Positions 10,175 through 20,129 are shown, numbered from the stretch's first letter. The stretch: DNA of 64,000 bases from Escherichia coli (GCF_003334305.1 NZ_QOWS01000001.1); one strand, 5' to 3'. Numbers and translations are program-made. The notes: a model not told the origin generated them from the sequence alone.

Positions 10175-11059
10175 ATGAAATTTTATACTCCATTAAGATA
10201 CCCCGGCGGGAAAGGTAAGTTATCTTACTTTTTAAAAGATGTTATTGAAAAAAACTCGTTGAATGATGGAGCATATGCAGAACCTTACGCTGGTGGTGCA
10301 GGGGTGGCTTTAGAATTATTATTGGAAGAGTATGTCCGTAAAATCTATATAAATGATGCAGATTTTGCTGTTTATTCTTTTTGGTCATCTGTTGTTAGTG
10401 ATACTGATGAGCTTTGCCGACTTATTAGCCGAGCAAAGATAGATATGGATGAATGGTCTTTTCATCGCTATGTTATTTCGAATCCTTCTGAGTTTACTAA
10501 GCTTGAGGTTGGCTTTGCTGCGTTTTTCTTAAATAGAACAAATCGTTCAGGTATTCTCAAGGCGGGGGTTATAGGCGGGAAATCACAAAATGGAAAATGG
10601 AAAATGGATGTTCGCTTTAACAGGGCGGATTTAATTTCAAGAATTGAGAAGATAGCAAATTATAATCAAAGAATAGTAGTAACTAATCTGGATGCTTTGG
10701 ATTTTCTTGATGTCTTGAATTTTATGGATAATATGGGAAAGGTGGATAAAAATAAAATTCTTTTGTATTTGGATCCTCCTTACTATATTAAAGGGCAAGG
10801 GCTTTACAGGAATTTTTATGAGCATGATGATCATGTATTGGTTATGAAGAAACTCACAGAAATTAATTTCCCAAATTGGCTTGTTTCTTATGATAACGCT
10901 AAGGAAATTAAAGATATTTATAATGGATTTCCGCAAGTTGAGTATTCATTGCAATATACAGCGCATCTCAAAAAATCTGGAGAGGAAGTGATGATTTTTT
11001 CTCCTGAAATAATTATTCCTAATACCCTGAAAGGGGGCTCAATGCCAACTTGCGCCTGA
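10175..11059 (+). CDS. Dam-family (D12 class, alpha-type) N6-adenine DNA methyltransferase; cargo gene
   Basis: Motif I EPYAGGAGV (FxGxG AdoMet-binding) near the N-terminus and catalytic motif IV DPPY (YLDPPYY) about 160 aa later, the alpha-class order seen in Dam. AT-rich, 70 bp downstream of the ParB-like gene on the same strand. Confidence 0.8.
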   Translation: MKFYTPLRYPGGKGKLSYFLKDVIEKNSLNDGAYAEPYAGGAGVALELLLEEYVRKIYINDADFAVYSFWSSVVSDTDELCRLISRAKIDMDEWSFHRYVISNPSEFTKLEVGFAAFFLNRTNRSGILKAGVIGGKSQNGKWKMDVRFNRADLISRIEKIANYNQRIVVTNLDALDFLDVLNFMDNMGKVDKNKILLYLDPPYYIKGQGLYRNFYEHDDHVLVMKKLTEINFPNWLVSYDNAKEIKDIYNGFPQVEYSLQYTAHLKKSGEEVMIFSPEIIIPNTLKGGSMPTCA

Positions 11060-11207
11060 TTTTACTTATTTTTTGTCAGTAAGTAATTAGTTTGGTGCAT
11101 TTATTTGCATTCATTTTTAAATGCCAGTTCTGGTATCTAACATCAGTGCTGGCGCATTCTAACCATTACTGCTGCACTGCATTTAAAGCCCTGCATGAAG
11201 CGGGCGG

Positions 11208-11226
11208 GCGAGGCGGGGAAAGCACT
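11208..11226. other. cos cohesive-end site (GGCGAGGCGGGGAAAGCAC)
   Basis: 19-nt sequence matching my recollection of the P2 cohesive end, in the expected place between the A-side cargo and portal gene Q. Confidence 0.6.
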
Positions 11227-11393
11227 GCGCGCTGACGGTGGTGCTGATTGTATTTTTTCAGCGTCTCAGCGCGTCGTGACGGCGCTTAGTCTGCCCGTTG
11301 AGGCGTTGTGTGTCTGCGGGGTGTTTTGTGCGGTGGTGAGCGTGTGAGGGCGTGATGACTGGGTGTAAAAAAGCCGCCCGCAGGCGGCGATGT

Positions 11394-12428
11394 TCAGCCG
11401 TTGTCAGTGTCCAGTGAGTAGTTTTTAAAGCGGATGACCTCCTGACCGAGCCAGCCGTTTATCTCGCGGATCCTGTCCTGTAACGGGATAAGCTCATTGC
11501 GGACAAAGACCTTTGCCACTTTCTCAATATCACCCAGCGACCCGACGTTCTCCGGCTTGCCCCCCATCAACTGAAAGGGGATGCGGTGCGCGTCCAGCAG
11601 GTCAGTGGCGCTGGCTTTTTTGATATTAAAAAAATCGTCCTTCGTCGCTACTTCACTGAGGGGGATAATTTTAATGCCGTCAGCTTTCCCCTGTGGCGCA
11701 TAGAGAAACAGATTTTTAAAGTTGTTGCGGCCTTTCGACTTAACCATGTTTTCGCGAAGCATTTCGATATCGTTGCGATCCTGCACGGCATCGGTGACGT
11801 ACATGATGTATCCGGCATGGGCGCCATTTTCGTAATACTTGCGGCGGAACAGCGTGGCCGACTCATTCAGCCAGGCAGAGTTAAGGGCGCTGAGATATTC
11901 CGGCAGGCCGTACAGCTCCTGATTAATATCCGGCTCCAGCAGGTGAAACACGGAGCCGGGCGCGAAAGGTGTCGGCTCATGGAAGGACGGCACCCACCAG
12001 TAAACATCCTCTTCCACGCCACGGCGGGTATATTTTGCCGGTGAGGTTTCCAGTCTGATGACCTTACCGGTGGTGCTGTAACGCTTTTCCAGAAACGCAT
12101 TACCGAACACCAGAAAATCCAGCACAAAGCGGCTGAAATCCTGCTGGGAAAGCCACGGATGCGGAATAAACGTTGAAGCCAGAATATTGCGTTTAACGTA
12201 AATCGGCGAGCTGTGATGCACGGCAGCACGCAGGCTTTTTGCCAGACCGGTAAAGCTGACCGGCGGCTCATACCATCTGCCGTTACTGATGCACTCGACG
12301 TAATCCAGAATGTCACGGCGGTCGAGTACCGGCACCGGCTCGCCAAAGGTGAATGCCTCCATTTTCGGGGCGCTGGCGGTCATTGTTTTTGCCGCAGGTT
12401 GCGGTGTTTTCCCTTTTTTCTTGCTCAT
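11394..12428 (-). CDS. Q: portal protein Q (344 aa)
   Basis: Exactly the P2 Q length; first late gene beside cos, on the opposite strand to the P O N M operon, as in P2. Confidence 0.9.
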   Translation of the reverse strand: MSKKKGKTPQPAAKTMTASAPKMEAFTFGEPVPVLDRRDILDYVECISNGRWYEPPVSFTGLAKSLRAAVHHSSPIYVKRNILASTFIPHPWLSQQDFSRFVLDFLVFGNAFLEKRYSTTGKVIRLETSPAKYTRRGVEEDVYWWVPSFHEPTPFAPGSVFHLLEPDINQELYGLPEYLSALNSAWLNESATLFRRKYYENGAHAGYIMYVTDAVQDRNDIEMLRENMVKSKGRNNFKNLFLYAPQGKADGIKIIPLSEVATKDDFFNIKKASATDLLDAHRIPFQLMGGKPENVGSLGDIEKVAKVFVRNELIPLQDRIREINGWLGQEVIRFKNYSLDTDNG

Positions 12429-14200
12429 CAGTAAAACTCCAGAATGGTGGATGTCAGCGGGGTGCTGATACCGGCGGTGAGTGGCTCATTTAACAGGGCG
12501 TGCATGGTCGCCCAGGCGAGGTCGGCGTGGCTGGCTTCCTCGCTGCGGCTGGCCTCATAGGTGGCGCTGCGCCCGCTGCTGGTCATGGTCTTGCGGATAG
12601 CCATAAACGAGCTGGTGATGTCGGTGGCGCTGACGTCGTATTCCAGGCAGCCACGGCGGATAACGTCTTTTGCCTTGAGCACCATTGCGGTTTTCATTTC
12701 CGGTGTGTAGCGGATATCGCGCGCGGCGGGATAGAACGAGCGCACGAGCTGGAACACGCCGACACCGAGGCCGGTGGCATCAATACCGATGTATTCGACG
12801 TTGTATTTTTCGGTGAGTTTGCGGATGGATTCCGCCTGAGTGGCAAAGTCCATGCCTTTCCACTGGTGACGCTCAAGTATTCTGAATTTGCCACCGGCCA
12901 CCACCGGCGGTGCCAGTACCACGCATCCGGCGCTGTCGCCACGGTGTGACGGGTCGTAACCAATCCATACCGGACGGGAGCCGAACGGATTCGCGGCAAA
13001 CGGCGCATAGTCTTCCCATTCTTCCAGCGTGTCGACCATGCAGCGTTGCAGCTCCTCGAACGGGAACACCGACGCCTTGTCGTCAACAAATTCACACATG
13101 AACAGGTTTTTAAAATCGTCGGCGCTGTTTTCACGTTTGAGCTGCTCAATGTCGAACAGCGTGCAGCCGCCTTTCAGGGCGTCCTCAATGGTGACAATCT
13201 GCCGCCACTGGCCGTCCGCACAGAGAAGACCTCCGGCAAGGGCGTTATGACTGACGTCGATTTCCACACGTTCGGCGGCGCTGGCGCGTCCCCGGTTGAA
13301 CAGTTCACCCGACCAGAACGGGTAGGCGTCGTGCGCCAGCGTGGACGGGGTGGAGAAATAGGTCGAGCGCAGGTGACTCTGTGAGGCCATACCTGATGCC
13401 ACCTTACGCAGTACCTGAAAATTCGGGATCCAGAAAATCTCGTCGACGTACAGGTCGCCGTTATGGCTCTGCGCGGTGTTGGAGTTGGTGCCGAGAAAAA
13501 TCAGTTTTGCGCCGTTATTGCCCAGGACAATCGGGTCACCGGTCAGGTCAACGTCAACCAGCCGGGCAAAGGCGATGATGTATTCGCGGAACACATACGC
13601 CTGCGTTTTACTGGCCGACAGAAAAATCTGGTTATGACCGGTTTTCAGGGCGCGCAGCAGCGCCTCGCGGGAAAAATAAAACGTCGCGCCAATCTGGCGG
13701 GATTTCAGGATATCGCGGATGCGGTGCTCAAGCCCGGCGCGATACCAGTGCAACTGATATTCGAAAGACTGCTCAAAGAAAATCTGCTCCAGCTTTTCGA
13801 TAGCCTCGTCGCTGAAAAAATTCTTTTTCGGTTTGCGCCGCCCGCCTTTGTTGCGGTTAGCGATGTTCGGATTAAGGTCTGCCTCGTTGCCGGTCTGGTT
13901 GTAGCGGTTTACCCGTGCCAGTCGTTCAATCTGGCGTCCGAGCAGGTCAATTTCCTTGAAGTCACCGCCGGTTTTCTGCGGTTTTATGATGAGCTGGGTC
14001 AGCCGCGCTTCCAGACTCATTTCGACACGGCTGATGGGGGCAACGCTGTCCCAGCCGTCGCGCTGTTTCCAGCTCTGCACCGTCGGGCGTTTCATCTGCA
14101 ACATGGCGGCAATCTGCGGCACGGAAAATCCCTGCCAGTACAGCAGCGCCGCCTGACGACGCGGGTCGTGTAAAAGAGTGGTGTCTGTGGTGATGGTCAT
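12428..14200 (-). CDS. P: terminase large subunit P (ATPase/nuclease)
   Basis: ~590 aa from the internal Met (MTITTDTT…); position and size match P2 P; overlaps the Q start. Confidence 0.88.
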   Translation of the reverse strand: MTITTDTTLLHDPRRQAALLYWQGFSVPQIAAMLQMKRPTVQSWKQRDGWDSVAPISRVEMSLEARLTQLIIKPQKTGGDFKEIDLLGRQIERLARVNRYNQTGNEADLNPNIANRNKGGRRKPKKNFFSDEAIEKLEQIFFEQSFEYQLHWYRAGLEHRIRDILKSRQIGATFYFSREALLRALKTGHNQIFLSASKTQAYVFREYIIAFARLVDVDLTGDPIVLGNNGAKLIFLGTNSNTAQSHNGDLYVDEIFWIPNFQVLRKVASGMASQSHLRSTYFSTPSTLAHDAYPFWSGELFNRGRASAAERVEIDVSHNALAGGLLCADGQWRQIVTIEDALKGGCTLFDIEQLKRENSADDFKNLFMCEFVDDKASVFPFEELQRCMVDTLEEWEDYAPFAANPFGSRPVWIGYDPSHRGDSAGCVVLAPPVVAGGKFRILERHQWKGMDFATQAESIRKLTEKYNVEYIGIDATGLGVGVFQLVRSFYPAARDIRYTPEMKTAMVLKAKDVIRRGCLEYDVSATDITSSFMAIRKTMTSSGRSATYEASRSEEASHADLAWATMHALLNEPLTAGISTPLTSTILEFY

Positions 14201-14373
14201 GAATACCTCGCCGTGATGAATACACGGCAAGGCTACTGAGTCGCGCCCCGCGATTCGCTAAGGTGCTGTTGTGTCAGTGATAAGCCATCCGGGACTGATG
14301 GCGGAGGATGCGCATCGTCGGGAAACTGATGCCGACATGTGACTCCTCTAATCACTATTCAGGACTCCTGACA

Positions 14374-15228
14374 ATGGCAAAAAAAGTCTCAAAATTCTTT
14401 CGTATCGGCGTTGAGGGTGACACCTGTGACGGGCGTGTCATCAGTGCGCAGGATATTCAGGAAATGGCCGAAACCTTTGACCCGCGAGTCTATGGTTGCC
14501 GCATTAACCTGGAACATCTGCGCGGCGTCCTGCCTGACGGTATTTTTAAGCGTTATGGCGATGTGGCCGAACTGAAGGCCGAAAAGATTGACGATGATTC
14601 GGCGCTGAAAGGCAAATGGGCGCTGTTTGCGAAAATCACCCCGACCGATGACCTTATCGCGATGAACAAGGCCGCGCAGAAGGTCTATACCTCAATGGAA
14701 ATTCAGCCGAACTTTGCCAATACCGGCAAATGTTATCTGGTGGGTCTGGCCGTCACCGATGACCCGGCAAGCCTCGGCACGGAATACCTGGAATTCTGCC
14801 GCACGGCAAAACACAACCCCCTGAACCGCTTCAAATTAAGCCCTGAAAACCTGATTTCAGTGGCAACGCCTGTTGAGCTGGAATTTGAAGACCTGCCTGA
14901 AACCGTGTTCACCGCCCTGACCGAAAAGGTGAAATCCATTTTTGGCCGCAAACAGGCCAGCGATGACGCCCGTCTGAATGATGTGCATGAAGCGGTGACC
15001 GCTGTTGCTGAACATGTGCAGGAAAAACTGAGTGCCACTGAGCAGCGCCTCGCTGAGATGGAAACCGCTTTTTCCGCACTTAAGCAGGAGGTGACTGACA
15101 GGGCGGATGAAACCAGCCAGGCATTCACCCGCCTGAAAAACAGTCTCGACCACACCGAAAGTCTGACCCAGCAGCGCCGCAGCAAGGCCACCGGAGGTGG
15201 CGGTGACGCCCTGATGACGAACTGCTGA
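14374..15228 (+). CDS. O: capsid scaffolding protein O (284 aa)
   Basis: 284 aa from the MAKKVSKFF start; divergent from P; coiled-coil-rich C-terminus. Confidence 0.85.
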   Translation: MAKKVSKFFRIGVEGDTCDGRVISAQDIQEMAETFDPRVYGCRINLEHLRGVLPDGIFKRYGDVAELKAEKIDDDSALKGKWALFAKITPTDDLIAMNKAAQKVYTSMEIQPNFANTGKCYLVGLAVTDDPASLGTEYLEFCRTAKHNPLNRFKLSPENLISVATPVELEFEDLPETVFTALTEKVKSIFGRKQASDDARLNDVHEAVTAVAEHVQEKLSATEQRLAEMETAFSALKQEVTDRADETSQAFTRLKNSLDHTESLTQQRRSKATGGGGDALMTNC

Positions 15229-15286
15229 CCGGCGTCAGTCAGTCCGGGAAAACCTTCACGATTAACCCTTAATTTCAGGAAAAACT

Positions 15287-16360
15287 ATGCGCCAGGAAAC
15301 CCGTTTTAAATTTAATGCCTACCTGTCCCGTGTTGCCGAACTGAACGGCATCGACGCCGGTGATGTGTCGAAAAAATTCACCGTTGAACCGTCGGTCACC
15401 CAGACCCTGATGAACACCATGCAGGAGTCCTCTGACTTTCTGACCCGCATCAATATTGTGCCGGTCAGCGAAATGAAAGGGGAAAAAATTGGTATCGGTG
15501 TCACCGGCCCCATTGCCAGCACCACCGACACCGCAGGTGGCACCGAGCGTCAGCCGAAGGACTTCTCGAAGCTGGCGTCCAACAAGTACGAATGCGACCA
15601 GGTTAACTTCGATTTTTATATCCGCTACAAAACGCTGGACCTGTGGGCGCGTTATCAGGATTTCCAGCTCCGTATCCGTAACGCCATTATCAAACGCCAG
15701 TCCCTTGATTTCATCATGGCCGGTTTTAACGGCGTGAAGCGTGCCGAAACCTCTGACCGCAGCAGCAATCCGATGCTGCAGGATGTGGCGGTCGGCTGGT
15801 TGCAGAAATACCGCAATGAAGCCCCGGCGCGTGTGATGAGCAAGGTCACTGACGAGGAAGGCCGCACCACCTCTGAGGTTATCCGCGTGGGCAAGGGCGG
15901 TGATTATGCCAGCCTTGACGCACTGGTGATGGATGCGACCAACAACCTGATTGAGCCGTGGTATCAGGAAGACCCTGACCTTGTGGTGATTGTGGGACGT
16001 CAGTTACTGGCGGACAAGTATTTCCCCATCGTTAACAAGGAGCAGGACAACAGCGAAATGCTGGCCGCTGACGTCATCATCAGCCAGAAACGCATCGGTA
16101 ACCTGCCAGCGGTACGCGTCCCGTACTTCCCGGCGGATGCGATGCTCATCACGAAGCTGGAAAACCTGTCCATCTACTACATGGATGACAGCCATCGCCG
16201 CGTGATTGAGGAAAACCCGAAACTCGACCGCGTGGAGAACTACGAGTCAATGAACATTGATTACGTGGTGGAGGACTACGCCGCCGGTTGTCTGGTGGAA
16301 AAAATTAAAGTCGGTGATTTCTCCACACCGGCTAAAGCGACCGCAGAGCCGGGAGCGTAA
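15287..16360 (+). CDS. N: major capsid protein N (357 aa)
   Basis: 357 aa, identical in length to P2 N; follows the scaffold gene. Confidence 0.9.
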   Translation: MRQETRFKFNAYLSRVAELNGIDAGDVSKKFTVEPSVTQTLMNTMQESSDFLTRINIVPVSEMKGEKIGIGVTGPIASTTDTAGGTERQPKDFSKLASNKYECDQVNFDFYIRYKTLDLWARYQDFQLRIRNAIIKRQSLDFIMAGFNGVKRAETSDRSSNPMLQDVAVGWLQKYRNEAPARVMSKVTDEEGRTTSEVIRVGKGGDYASLDALVMDATNNLIEPWYQEDPDLVVIVGRQLLADKYFPIVNKEQDNSEMLAADVIISQKRIGNLPAVRVPYFPADAMLITKLENLSIYYMDDSHRRVIEENPKLDRVENYESMNIDYVVEDYAAGCLVEKIKVGDFSTPAKATAEPGA

Positions 16361-16363
16361 CCG

Positions 16364-17107
16364 ATGACGAGTCCCGCACAGCGCCACATGATGCGGGTCT
16401 CGGCAGCGATGACCGCGCAGCGGGAAGCCGCCCCGCTGCGACATGCAACTGTCTATGAGCAGATGCTGGTCAAGCTGGCCGCAGACCAGCGCACACTGAA
16501 AGCGATTTATTCAAAAGAGCTGAAGGCCGCGAAAAAACGCGAACTGCTGCCGTTCTGGTTGCCGTGGGTGAACGGCGTGCTGGAGCAGGGCAAAGGTGCA
16601 CAGGATGACATTCTGATGACAGTCATGCTGTGGCGTCTGGATACCGGCGATATTGCCGGTGCGCTGGAGATTGCCCGTTATGCCCTGAAATACGGTCTGA
16701 CCATGCCGGGTAAACACCGCCGCACCCCGCCGTACATGTTCACCGAGGAGGTGGCGCTTGCGGCCATGCGCGCTCACGCTGCCGGTGAGTCTGTGGATCC
16801 CCGCCTGCTGACGGACACCCTTGAACTGACCGCCACGGCTGACATGCCTGATGAAGTGCGCGCAAAGCTGCACAAAATCACCGGTCTGTTTCTGCGTGAC
16901 GCTGGTGATGCCGCAGGGGCGCTGGCACACCTGCAAAGTGCGACACAGCTCGACTGTCAGGCCGGCGTCAAAAAAGAGATTGAACGACTGGAGCGGGAGC
17001 TGAAACCGAAGCCGGAGCCGCAGCCCAAAGCGGCCACCCGCGCCCCGCGTAAGACCCGGAGCGTGACACCGGCAAAACGTGGACGCCCGAAAAAGAAAGC
17101 CAGTTAA
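16364..17107 (+). CDS. M: terminase small subunit M (247 aa)
   Basis: 247 aa as in P2 M; basic K/R-rich C-terminal tail. Confidence 0.85.
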   Translation: MTSPAQRHMMRVSAAMTAQREAAPLRHATVYEQMLVKLAADQRTLKAIYSKELKAAKKRELLPFWLPWVNGVLEQGKGAQDDILMTVMLWRLDTGDIAGALEIARYALKYGLTMPGKHRRTPPYMFTEEVALAAMRAHAAGESVDPRLLTDTLELTATADMPDEVRAKLHKITGLFLRDAGDAAGALAHLQSATQLDCQAGVKKEIERLERELKPKPEPQPKAATRAPRKTRSVTPAKRGRPKKKAS

Positions 17108-17206
17108 CAACCGAATGCGCCCCGCGCCAGGGCGGCACGCCGGTCAGTGTGGGTGAATCACCTGACACTGTTCCGGCGTCCACCGCCCGACTTTTCTGAG
17201 GTAGTC

Positions 17207-17716
17207 ATGATGACGCTGATTATTCCGCGAAAGGAGGCTCCCGTGTCCGGTGAGGGTACGGTGGTCATCCCGCAACCGGCAGGCGACGAGCCGGTGATTA
17301 AAAACACGTTCTTTTTTCCCGATATCGACCCGAAGCGCGTCCGGGAACGTATGCGCCTTGAGCAGACCGTCGCCCCCGCCCGTCTGCGTGAGGCCATCAA
17401 GTCAGGCATGGCGGAGACGAATGCGGAGCTGTACGAGTACCGCGAACAGAAAATTGCCGCCGGTTTTACGCGTCTGGCTGACGTCCCGGCAGACGATATC
17501 GACGGTGAAAGCATCAAGGTTTTTTACTACGAGCGCGCCGTGTGTGCGATGGCGACCGCGTCGCTTTATGAGCGTTATCGCGGCGTGGATGCCAGTGCGA
17601 AAGGCGACAAGAAGGCCGACAGCATTGACAGCACCATTGATGAACTGTGGCGGGATATGCGCTGGGCGGTGGCGCGTATCCAGGACAAGCCGCGCTGCAT
17701 CGTGAGTCAAATCTGA
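17207..17716 (+). CDS. L: head completion protein L (169 aa)
   Basis: 169 aa from the MMTLIIP start; position after M. Confidence 0.8.
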   Translation: MMTLIIPRKEAPVSGEGTVVIPQPAGDEPVIKNTFFFPDIDPKRVRERMRLEQTVAPARLREAIKSGMAETNAELYEYREQKIAAGFTRLADVPADDIDGESIKVFYYERAVCAMATASLYERYRGVDASAKGDKKADSIDSTIDELWRDMRWAVARIQDKPRCIVSQI

Positions 17717-17919
17717 TGAAGACCTTTGCGCTACAGGGCGACACGCTCGACGCCATTTGTGTCCGGTATTACGGGCGCACTGAGGGCGTGGTTGAGACTG
17801 TGCTCGCCGCAAATCCGGGACTGGCTGAACTGGGGGCGATGCTGCCACACGGCACCGCCGTCGAACTGCCCGACGTTCAGACCGCGCCCGTGGCTGAAAC
17901 TGTCAATCTGTGGGAGTAA
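17716..17919 (+). CDS. X: tail protein X (67 aa)
   Basis: 67-aa product MKTFALQGDTLDAICVRYYG…; the start overlaps the L stop. Confidence 0.8.
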   Translation: MKTFALQGDTLDAICVRYYGRTEGVVETVLAANPGLAELGAMLPHGTAVELPDVQTAPVAETVNLWE

Positions 17920-17922
17920 CGC

Positions 17923-18204
17923 ATGACAGCAGAAGAAAAAAGCGTCCTGTCGCTTTTCATGATTGGGGTGCTGATTGTTGTCGGCAAGGTGCTTGCCGGT
18001 GGTGAACCCATCACCCCGCGTCTGTTTATCGGGCGCATGTTGCTCGGTGGTTTTGTCTCGATGGTTGCCGGTGTTGTTCTGGTGCAGTTTCCTGACCTGT
18101 CACTGCCTGCGGTGTGCGGCATCGGCTCCATGCTGGGTATCGCCGGTTATCAGGTGATTGAGATTGCCATTCAGCGCCGCTTTAAGGGCAGGGGGAAACC
18201 GTAA
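17923..18204 (+). CDS. Y: holin Y (93 aa)
   Basis: 93 aa with two or three hydrophobic helices and a charged C-terminus; directly precedes the endolysin. Confidence 0.85.
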   Translation: MTAEEKSVLSLFMIGVLIVVGKVLAGGEPITPRLFIGRMLLGGFVSMVAGVVLVQFPDLSLPAVCGIGSMLGIAGYQVIEIAIQRRFKGRGKP

Positions 18205-18701
18205 TGCCGGTAATTAACACGCATCAGAATATCGCCGCCTTTCTCGACATGCTGGCGGTATCCGAAGGGACGGCGAATCATCCGCTGACGAAAAACCGTG
18301 GCTATGACGTGATAGTCACCGGACTGGACGGGAAGCCGGAAATTTTCACCGACTACAGTGACCACCCGTTCGCGCATGGCCGACCGGCGAAGGTGTTTAA
18401 CCGTCGCGGTGAAAAATCCACGGCCTCCGGTCGCTATCAGCAGCTTTACCTGTTCTGGCCGCATTACCGCAAACAGCTTGCCCTGCCGGATTTCAGTCCG
18501 CTGTCACAGGACAGACTTGCCATTCAGTTGATCCGCGAACGCGGTGCACTGGATGACATCCGGGCGGGACGCATTGAGCGCGCCATTTCACGCTGTCGCA
18601 ATATCTGGGCGTCCCTGCCGGGTGCCGGTTACGGTCAGCGTGAGCATTCACTGGAAAAACTGGTCACCGTCTGGCGTACCGCTGGCGGCGTACCGGCTTA
18701 A
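18204..18701 (+). CDS. K: endolysin K (lysozyme-like, 165 aa)
   Basis: 165 aa as in P2 K; sits in the lysis cassette between holin and lysA/lysB. Confidence 0.85.
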   Translation: MPVINTHQNIAAFLDMLAVSEGTANHPLTKNRGYDVIVTGLDGKPEIFTDYSDHPFAHGRPAKVFNRRGEKSTASGRYQQLYLFWPHYRKQLALPDFSPLSQDRLAIQLIRERGALDDIRAGRIERAISRCRNIWASLPGAGYGQREHSLEKLVTVWRTAGGVPA

Positions 18702-18715
18702 ACGGAGTAAACACC

Positions 18716-19141
18716 ATGAAGAAATTATCCCTTTCACTGATGCTGAACGTGTCGCTGGCGCTGATGCTGGCACTGTCCCTGATTTACCCGCAGAGCGGGG
18801 CCGTCAATTTTGTCGCTGCCTGGGCGATTCTGGCGACGGCTATCTGTGTGGTTGCCGGTGGTGTCGGCGTGTATGCCACTGAGTATGTACTGGAACGCTA
18901 CGGGCGGGAGCTGCCGCCGGAATCGCTGGCCGTGAAGATTGTCACGTCGCTGTTTTTGCAGCCGGTGCCGTGGTGCAGACGGGCGGCGGCTCTGGTAGTG
19001 ATGGTGGCGACGTTTATCTCGCTGGTCGCTGCCGGGTGGATTTTTACTGCGCTGATTTACCTCGTGGCGTCGGTGTTTTTCCGGCTGATACGTAAAGCCT
19101 GTCGTCAGCGTCTTGAGGGGCGGGAATTATGTCAAAGCTGA
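18716..19141 (+). CDS. lysA: LysA membrane protein (141 aa)
   Basis: 141 aa, multi-TM hydrophobic protein in the P2 lysA position. Confidence 0.75.
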   Translation: MKKLSLSLMLNVSLALMLALSLIYPQSGAVNFVAAWAILATAICVVAGGVGVYATEYVLERYGRELPPESLAVKIVTSLFLQPVPWCRRAAALVVMVATFISLVAAGWIFTALIYLVASVFFRLIRKACRQRLEGRELCQS

Positions 19142-19554
19142 TGATTGTGCTGGTCGTGTTGTTATCGCTGGCGGTGGCGGGGCTGTTTCTGGCGAAGCAA
19201 GAAAACGCCAGCCTGCGCGCCTCGCTGGACAGGGCGAACAACGTCGCCAGCGGGCAGCAGTCGACCATCACCATGCTGAAAAATCAGCTTCATGTTGCCA
19301 TCACCAGGGCAGACAAAAACGAGCTGGCGCAGGTTGCACTGCGTCAGGAACTGGAAAACGCCGCGAAGCGTGAAGCACAGCGCGAGAAAACCATCACGAG
19401 GTTACTCAATGAAAACGAAGATTTTCGCCGCTGGTACGGCGCTGACCTGCCTGATGCTGTGCGCCGGTTGCACCAGCGTCCGGCCTGCACCGACGCCAGT
19501 GATTGTCGCCAACGCCTGCCCGAAAGTGAGTCTTTGCCCGATGCCGGGCAGTGA
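19129..19554 (+). CDS. lysB: LysB, Rz-like inner-membrane spanin (141 aa)
   Basis: N-terminal TM helix followed by a coiled-coil periplasmic domain; 141 aa as in P2. Confidence 0.8.
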   Translation: MSKLMIVLVVLLSLAVAGLFLAKQENASLRASLDRANNVASGQQSTITMLKNQLHVAITRADKNELAQVALRQELENAAKREAQREKTITRLLNENEDFRRWYGADLPDAVRRLHQRPACTDASDCRQRLPESESLPDAGQ

Positions 19555-19699
19555 CCCGCAGACGAACGGCGATTTAAGTGCTGATATCCGGCAGCTTGAG
19601 AACGCGTTGGCACGCTGTGCCAGCCAGGTAAAAATGATTAAACACTGTCAGGACGAAAACGATGCTCAAACCCGACAGCCTGCGCAGGGCGCTGACTGA
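19409..19699 (+). CDS. lysC: LysC, Rz1-like outer-membrane lipoprotein spanin (96 aa), nested in the +1 frame of lysB
   Basis: Internal start MKTKIFAAGTALTCLMLCAGC with a lipobox; 96 aa; embedded in and extending beyond lysB, the usual Rz/Rz1 arrangement. Confidence 0.75.
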   Translation: MKTKIFAAGTALTCLMLCAGCTSVRPAPTPVIVANACPKVSLCPMPGSDPQTNGDLSADIRQLENALARCASQVKMIKHCQDENDAQTRQPAQGAD

Positions 19700-20129
19700 T
19701 GCCGTCACGGTGCTGAAAACTAACCCCGATATGCTGCGGATATTCGTGGATAACGGGAGTATTGCCTCCACGCTGGCGGCGTCGTTGTCATTCGAAAAGC
19801 GTTACACGCTCAATGTCATTGTGACCGACTTTACCGGTGATTTTGACCTGCTCATCGTGCCGGTACTGGCGTGGCTGCGGGAAAATCAGCCCGACATCAT
19901 GACCACCGACGAAGGCCAGAAAAAGGGCTTCACGTTTTATGCAGACATCAACAATGACAGCAGCTTTGATGTCAGCATCAGCCTGATGCTGACCGAGCGC
20001 ACGCTGGTCAGTGAGGTCGACGGCGCACTGCATGTGAAGAATATCCCGGAACCCCCGCCGCCGAAGCCGGTCACCCGCCCGATGGAGCTTTATATCAATG
20101 GCGAACTGGTGAGTAAGTGGGATGAATGA
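19662..20129 (+). CDS. R: tail completion protein R (155 aa)
   Basis: 155 aa, matching P2 R in length and position. Confidence 0.85.
   Translation: MLKPDSLRRALTDAVTVLKTNPDMLRIFVDNGSIASTLAASLSFEKRYTLNVIVTDFTGDFDLLIVPVLAWLRENQPDIMTTDEGQKKGFTFYADINNDSSFDVSISLMLTERTLVSEVDGALHVKNIPEPPPPKPVTRPMELYINGELVSKWDE

Noticed and set aside
9265-10936. Reverse-strand ORFs inside the ParB-like and methyltransferase genes (9265..9492, 9545..9760, 10637..10936)
   Set aside because: AT-rich DNA gives Ile/Lys/Phe-rich antisense frames; the sense-strand genes carry clear catalytic motifs.
12500-14173. Several forward-strand ORFs of 63–236 aa inside the terminase P gene
   Set aside because: All are fully embedded antisense to a well-supported 590-aa terminase gene in GC-rich sequence where long spurious frames are expected; no independent signals.
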